Shown here: positions 38,717 through 43,234 of the stretch, piece by piece
How positions within the stretch are numbered: position 1 is the first letter of the stretch
How the letters are laid out: each line of letters opens with the position of its first letter
Assembly (NCBI GenBank): GCA_015486155.1
Contig: WFSF01000029.1
Span: forward strand, 1 to 43,234
DNA: 43,234 nt
DNA from: Armatimonadota bacterium
Lineage (GTDB): Bacteria > Armatimonadota > Hebobacteria > Hebobacterales > Hebobacteraceae
Direction: 5' to 3'
Notes under the pieces: generated by a model
The model's input: only the letters and a program-made list of their open reading frames with translations
Database searches by the model: none
Told to the model about the DNA's origin: nothing
Translations under genes and position numbers: made by a program

Positions 38717-39952
38717 TCAGAGTTCGGCAAAGGGGATGGCGGTCACCCGCTCCCTCATCGGAAGACGGATATCCCCGGAATGCACCACATACCCGTGTCC
38801 TGCCCTCTCCCCCAGGTCCCGCTGGAAGGCCGCGATGCCGGCCGCCATCGGCGGCCGGGGGGTGGCCGAGAGCTTGGCCTCGACGGGGATGAGTTTCCCT
38901 CCGGCCTCGATCACGAAATCCACCTCTCTGCCTGCCGCCGTCCGCCAGAAATAGATCTGTGGGTCCTCTCCGCGGTGCACGAGCACTTTCAGGATCTCCG
39001 AAAACACCGCGGTCTCGAAGATCGCGCCTCCCATGGGGCCGGCCGCCACGTGCTCCGGATCCCGTAGACCCACCAGATAGCAGAGAGTGCCCACATCGGT
39101 GAAGTACACCTTCGGGCTCTTCACCAGCCGCTTACCGATATTGGCGAAATAGGGACGCACCACCACCACCTGGAAGGTCGCCTCCAGCACCGAGAGCCAG
39201 GCCTTGGCCGTGTTCGCCGTTACCCCCAGGTCGCGGGCCAGCTCCGACAGGTTCAGCAACTGGGCGCTGCGCGCGGCCAGCGCCCGGAGAAAGTTCTGGA
39301 AGAGGGCGAGGTCTCCCACCTGGCGTACGGTGCGCACATCCCGCTCCAGGTAGGTCTGGACATAGCTGGCATGCCAGAGAGTGGTGTCCCGCCGCGGGTG
39401 GGCGACCAGGTCCGGGTACCATCCCCGCATGAACGCCCTCTGCAGTTCCCGTGGCTTGAGGTGGACGGTCGTCTCTCCGCCACCTTTGCTCCTCCTCTCC
39501 CAGGGCAGCCTCGCCCGGGGCCTTCCCGTCGCCTCCAGCTGGGAGAGCGGCAGCAGCCGCAGAATGGCGGTCCGGCCCGCCAGCGTCTCGGTCACCTGCT
39601 CCAGCATCATCAGGTTCTGGGAGCCAGTGAGCAGAAACTGGCCCGCCCGGGAACGGCGCTCATCGATCAGCTCCTTGATATAGGGCAGCAGATCGGGCGC
39701 GTACTGGATCTCGTCGAAGATCACCGGCGGAGGGTAAAAGTCCAGGAAACCCCGCGGATCCGCGCTGGCCGCCGCGCGCACATCCGGGGGCTCCAGTGAA
39801 ACGTACGTGTGGCTGGAGCCGAAGACATGTCGCAGCAGAGTGGTCTTGCCGGACTGCCGCGGACCGGTGAGCACCACCGCGGGGAACTGCCGGGCCGCGC
39901 GCCGCAACACAGACTCCAGGCTACGCGGGATATACCGGTTTGCCATCGTCAT
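38717..39952 (-). CDS. AAA_14 + DUF4143 ATPase
   Basis: GPRQSGKTT, FDEIQ, LTGSQ, ETLAGR, KSPKVYFTDVG, C-terminal EVDFVIE...VEAK. Confidence 0.93.
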   Translation of the reverse strand: MTMANRYIPRSLESVLRRAARQFPAVVLTGPRQSGKTTLLRHVFGSSHTYVSLEPPDVRAAASADPRGFLDFYPPPVIFDEIQYAPDLLPYIKELIDERRSRAGQFLLTGSQNLMMLEQVTETLAGRTAILRLLPLSQLEATGRPRARLPWERRSKGGGETTVHLKPRELQRAFMRGWYPDLVAHPRRDTTLWHASYVQTYLERDVRTVRQVGDLALFQNFLRALAARSAQLLNLSELARDLGVTANTAKAWLSVLEATFQVVVVRPYFANIGKRLVKSPKVYFTDVGTLCYLVGLRDPEHVAAGPMGGAIFETAVFSEILKVLVHRGEDPQIYFWRTAAGREVDFVIEAGGKLIPVEAKLSATPRPPMAAGIAAFQRDLGERAGHGYVVHSGDIRLPMRERVTAIPFAEL

Positions 39953-39956
39953 CTAC

Positions 39957-40002
39957 CTTGCAAATTTGCATTCAGAATGCGATTTTGCAAGGAAATTGTC
40001 AA
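39957..40002 (-). promoter_or_regulatory. Sigma70-like promoter overlapped by a 17-bp inverted repeat
   Basis: TTGACA (40002-39997), 17 nt, CATTCT. CTTGCAAATTTGCATTC-A-GAATGCGATTTTGCAAG (15/17 match). Confidence 0.7.
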
Positions 40003-40179
40003 GCCGAGATTCGGCCTTGCGTCTGAAAACAGGCCGAGGTGGTGGAGTGGCCGGCGAACCCGGGAGCCGATATTGGCAGGTCGCTCCTTCGATCGGGAAA
40101 CCTGACCGCGAGGGAGGATCAAGAATGTGGGCGCTAGATGTCAATAATTGATGGCATTTCTATCCAGGAATGAAGTCTG

Positions 40180-40277
40180 CTACACCGCCTGACCACCAGC
40201 GGCCAGCATCTCCTCCACGTCGAGGCTGCTAAAGGTCGGCTTCCGTTCCTGGGCCAGTGCTCACGCCGATCTATCAA
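40180..40277 (-). pseudogene. Deletion scar: first codons of a probable AbiEii joined to a fragment of a second AbiEi
   Basis: TTG ATA GAT CGG CGT GAG (LIDRRE) overlaps the abiEi stop; then ALAQERKPTFSSLDVEEML, similar to LAQERRPIFSSADAKRLL of the intact AbiEi. Confidence 0.5.
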
Positions 40278-41092
40278 TAGCCCCATCCCTCTGGATCGAG
40301 CTCGTAGTTCACCAGCAGGCCCCAGCGAGTATTATGCCTTCCCCTACGCCGGGAGAGCGGGTCCAGCTTTGTGAAGCCGGCCGCTGGCGCCGACTCGGGA
40401 AGCAAGTGCGCATAGCGATCAAGCAGTCCTGTTCGTTCCAGGATGAAACCGAGGCGCTTGAGGATAGAACGATTCCCCATGCGTTTGGCATAGGACACCA
40501 CTTGGGATAGCTTCACTTCGTCATGGGAGAAGTAGATCGCCTTCGCGATGGTCTCTGTGCCGCCGCAGTGCTGAGGCCGATCCAGACAATCTGCCACCGT
40601 CTTCTCCGGATCGGAGATGCGCACCGGATGGCCGTCCACCTGCACCTCCTGCCACCCGAAGAACTTCCGCGGCGACACTCTCACGAAACGGCACTCCTGG
40701 GACAGCACCACCACCGGGTGCTTGGAGACCGTGGTGGCGACAAAGGTGGTGCGGGGCATCTGTTCGGTGAGGCCGTAATAGTTTAGGGCGGACCAGAACC
40801 CGATATAGTAGGGCTCCACCAGCAGGGAGGCAGCGACGAAGTTGTGCAGGGTAAATACGTCAGCACCCTCTACCCCCACGTCCAGTGGCACGAGGGCATA
40901 CAGTCCCCGGGTAAGAGGGAGCACCCAGCGCTTGCGCGCCAAGCGGTGGAGCATCAGACGTGCGTCTCTGCCCAACAGCCGCTTCGCATCGGCGCTGCTG
41001 AAAATCGGCCTCCGCTCCTGGGCCAGCATCCGCACCAGGAAGGCCTCGCGGCCGCCCAGCGCTATGTTATAGTTTTGTGCAGTAAGTTTCAT
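40274..41092 (-). CDS. abiEi: Type IV TA AbiEi-family antitoxin/regulator
   Basis: LHRLARKRWVLPLTRGLY, YYIGFWSALNYYGLTEQMP, SDPEKTVADCLDRPQHCGG, ILKRLGFILE. Confidence 0.88.
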   Translation of the reverse strand: MKLTAQNYNIALGGREAFLVRMLAQERRPIFSSADAKRLLGRDARLMLHRLARKRWVLPLTRGLYALVPLDVGVEGADVFTLHNFVAASLLVEPYYIGFWSALNYYGLTEQMPRTTFVATTVSKHPVVVLSQECRFVRVSPRKFFGWQEVQVDGHPVRISDPEKTVADCLDRPQHCGGTETIAKAIYFSHDEVKLSQVVSYAKRMGNRSILKRLGFILERTGLLDRYAHLLPESAPAAGFTKLDPLSRRRGRHNTRWGLLVNYELDPEGWGY

Positions 41093-41113
41093 GTGAAGAA
41101 ACTTTCTGCGCAA
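41075..41113. promoter_or_regulatory. Inverted repeat over the abiEi start (putative autorepression operator)
   Basis: TTGTGCAGTAAGTTTC-N7-GAAACTTTCTGCGCAA (14/16 match). Confidence 0.7.
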
Positions 41114-41407
41114 TAATAGCAGAATGGGCGAGTGCGGTCAAAAAGGTGCCCAAGGCAATCTCATGCCCCCCAACATATCCCCGGTGAAACCTTCTGAGCG
41201 GCATGATGCTCCGTTTCCGTCACCCAGTCCGCGGGGGCGCGTACTCCGTCCTGGTGAGGATAAACATCCGCGCCCCTTCCTCCCCAAGCGGGACCGGGTG
41301 GCCCTCCCACACCGAGACTATCTCACCGTCGAGGCCCTATTGCTCTGTCGCGAAGTACTGCTGAGAAAACTGCGGGTGTAGCATTTCCACCGCCGAGCGT
41401 GAGTTCG

Positions 41408-41944
41408 TTACCTCTCCCTCCTCCCCTCCCTGGTGTCTGCCGGCAGCGCCCGTTGCTGGGCAATCTTCTCCCTCAGCATCATCAGCATCTGTGTTGCCTC
41501 CTGGTCGGTGATGGATCTGATGCTACCCGCGGTGAGGACTATCTCCTCCGGCGCTTTCTCCAGCATCCCCAGGGACTGGAGTATCTCGTTGCGCTGCTGC
41601 ACCGCGTTGAGCAGCACCGACAGAAACCTGGCCCGGGTGGCCGAGCCGCGGGGCGCGGCCAGCAGATCGGTCCAGGCCTGGCGGGAGATCGCCTCACACT
41701 CCTCCACTACCTCCGCGGCCGCCTGCAGAGCCGCCTCCCGGGCCGCCTGGGCGCGGCGCAGGTGATCGCGGCGCGCCCGGCGCATCACCGCCAGGTCGTT
41801 CTCCACCGTGCCATGGGAGGCCCCCACCGCGGAGGCGATCTCCTCCAGGGTCAGCTTCTGCACCACCCGCAAACGCCACACCTTCAGGCGCCGCTCTCTG
41901 ATGGCGGCTTTCTTCTCCGGCGATATCGCTCTCGGCATGCTCAC
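41408..41944 (-). CDS. HTH protein, possibly phage terminase-small-subunit-like
   Basis: LTLEEIASAVGASHGTVENDL HTH plus helical C-terminus; lies downstream of a phage-type MTase. Confidence 0.6.
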   Translation of the reverse strand: MSMPRAISPEKKAAIRERRLKVWRLRVVQKLTLEEIASAVGASHGTVENDLAVMRRARRDHLRRAQAAREAALQAAAEVVEECEAISRQAWTDLLAAPRGSATRARFLSVLLNAVQQRNEILQSLGMLEKAPEEIVLTAGSIRSITDQEATQMLMMLREKIAQQRALPADTREGRRER

Positions 41945-41992
41945 ACTCCCCCAGTTTTCCCCAGTGATGGCGACTTCTGCAACGCGCTCAGA

Positions 41993-42321
41993 TCAGGCCC
42001 CCCGAGTCGCGGTTTCGCCAGTGAAGGACTCCCACCGCCTCAGGATGACGTCGCAGTAGCGGGCATCCAGGTCAAACCCATAGCACTTCCTTCCCGTCCG
42101 CTCCCCCGCGATGATGGCGGTGCCCGATCCCAGGAACGGGTCCACCACCAGCTGGCCCAGCTCGGTGGCGTTGGTGATGGAGCGCTCGATCAGGGCCAGG
42201 GGTTTCATGGTGGGGTGGAGGTCGTTCACCGCGGGCTTGTCGTGCTCCCACACAGTGCGCTCATTGGTGGGGCCATGCCACCTGGGGGTCTGGCCCCGCT
42301 TGAAAGCATAGAAGCAGGGCT
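41993..42321 (-). pseudogene. C-terminal part of a phage-type N4/N6 DNA methyltransferase truncated by an IS
   Basis: PCFYAFKRG...TVWEHDKP...HPTMKPLALIERSI...VVDPFLGSGT...YCDVILRRWESFTG. Confidence 0.88.
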
Positions 42322-43234
42322 GCTCTGTTGCAAAGGTGTCATAGAGTATGGCACTAGCAGATTATGAACAGAGAGAGCTTGTTGCGATTCGTGAAGATGG
42401 CTTTGGCGGTGGCGGAGAAGGAGTTGCCGACTTACAGCCACCGCTTTGCGCCCCATCGCTATCGGCTGGCGCAGTTGTGCGCTTGCTGTCTGCTGAAGGT
42501 GTTGCTGCGCCAAGACCTGCGCGGGATCGAGGCTTTGCTTTCAGTGAGCGGGGAGCTGCGCAAGGCGCTTGGGCTGAAGCGAGTGCCGGATCACAGCACC
42601 CTGTGCCGCTTCGAGAACCGTTGGCTGAGCCCACAGCGGCTGGATAAGATGTTGGCGAGGGTATGTGAGCAGGCGGGAGTGAAAGAGGGAGCGGTGGCGG
42701 CTGATGCTACCGGGCTGGAGACGAGCACGGCCACGCCCTAGTTTGAGATGCGGCGAGGAGGGCGACGCAAGGCTTATCTCAAACTGAGCCTGCTGGTGGC
42801 GTTGAGCGGCTTTCTGGCGGTAGGGGCAGTGGCCAGCATTGGCCCCAGCAATGACAAGGGGCAATTGCGGCCTTTGTTGATCGCGCTGTCGGAACGGATG
42901 AATGCTTCGGAGTTTCTGGCGGGCGCAGGCTACGATGCGGAATGGGTGCATGAGTGGTGTCGGGACCGCCACGGCATCGAGAGTCGAGTCCCGAGGTGAC
43001 CCGTCGCCGGGACGGCAAAGTAGGAGGGTGATGGCGCAAAGTGATGGCGCAAGGCCTCCCGAGAGGATACGGCCGACGCTGGGGCGTGGAGACCTTTATC
43101 TCTGGCCTCAAGCGCACCGTGGGGAGTGTGCTGCAAGCACGTTCACTTGCGGGGCGGCTGGCCGAAGCTGTCCGGCGCGCCCTGGTGTACATCCTGCGCC
43201 GCTAGGCGCGACCGTCCAAAGCTCCTTCCACCGA
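42322..43234 (+). mobile_element. IS5/IS4-like element with degenerate DDE transposase (42364-43205)
   Basis: Left end GCTCTGTTGCAAA; VPDHSTLCRF, ADATGLE, YGRRWGVETFISGLKR. In-frame TAG at 42739-42741, LAGAGYD in place of xDxGYD, and a frameshift near 42990-43020. Right end not seen. Confidence 0.85.

Noticed and set aside
24103-42741. Genome-wide TAG or TGA reassignment, or pyrrolysine
   Set aside because: Well-supported genes end normally in TAG (9405, 12506, 33901) and TGA (757, 8464); no pyl genes or suppressor tRNA are visible.

Overview
GC-rich bacterial DNA in three blocks. (1) 1-13.8 kb is housekeeping-type: an ArsR-linked RND efflux locus with two small Cys-rich proteins, a secreted beta-helix lipoprotein, mscS, a three-gene ABC-2 module, a B12 radical-SAM enzyme and a geranylgeranyl-reductase-like flavoprotein. 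(2) About 14.0-20.9 kb is a lower-GC array of decayed RHS polymorphic-toxin fragments interleaved with intact small membrane or lipoprotein genes (candidate immunity cassettes), an IS256 remnant and several tiny palindromic insertions. (3) 21.2-43.2 kb is a defence island next to a probable prophage remnant. It holds a ~1775-codon nuclease-STAND (Avs-like) gene broken by one in-frame TAG, and a converging minus-strand cluster: PLD-SNF2 helicase, N6-adenine MTase, small ORF, HTH-MNT, HEPN, DprA/SLOG protein and a PD-(D/E)XK-like protein broken by one in-frame TGA. These are followed by a tyrosine recombinase, an AAA_14/DUF4143 ATPase, an orphan AbiEi, an HTH protein and a phage-type MTase cut by an IS5-like element. 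I saw no rRNA, tRNA or CRISPR array. All family calls come from motif recognition by eye, and GC statements are visual impressions; no database search was run.
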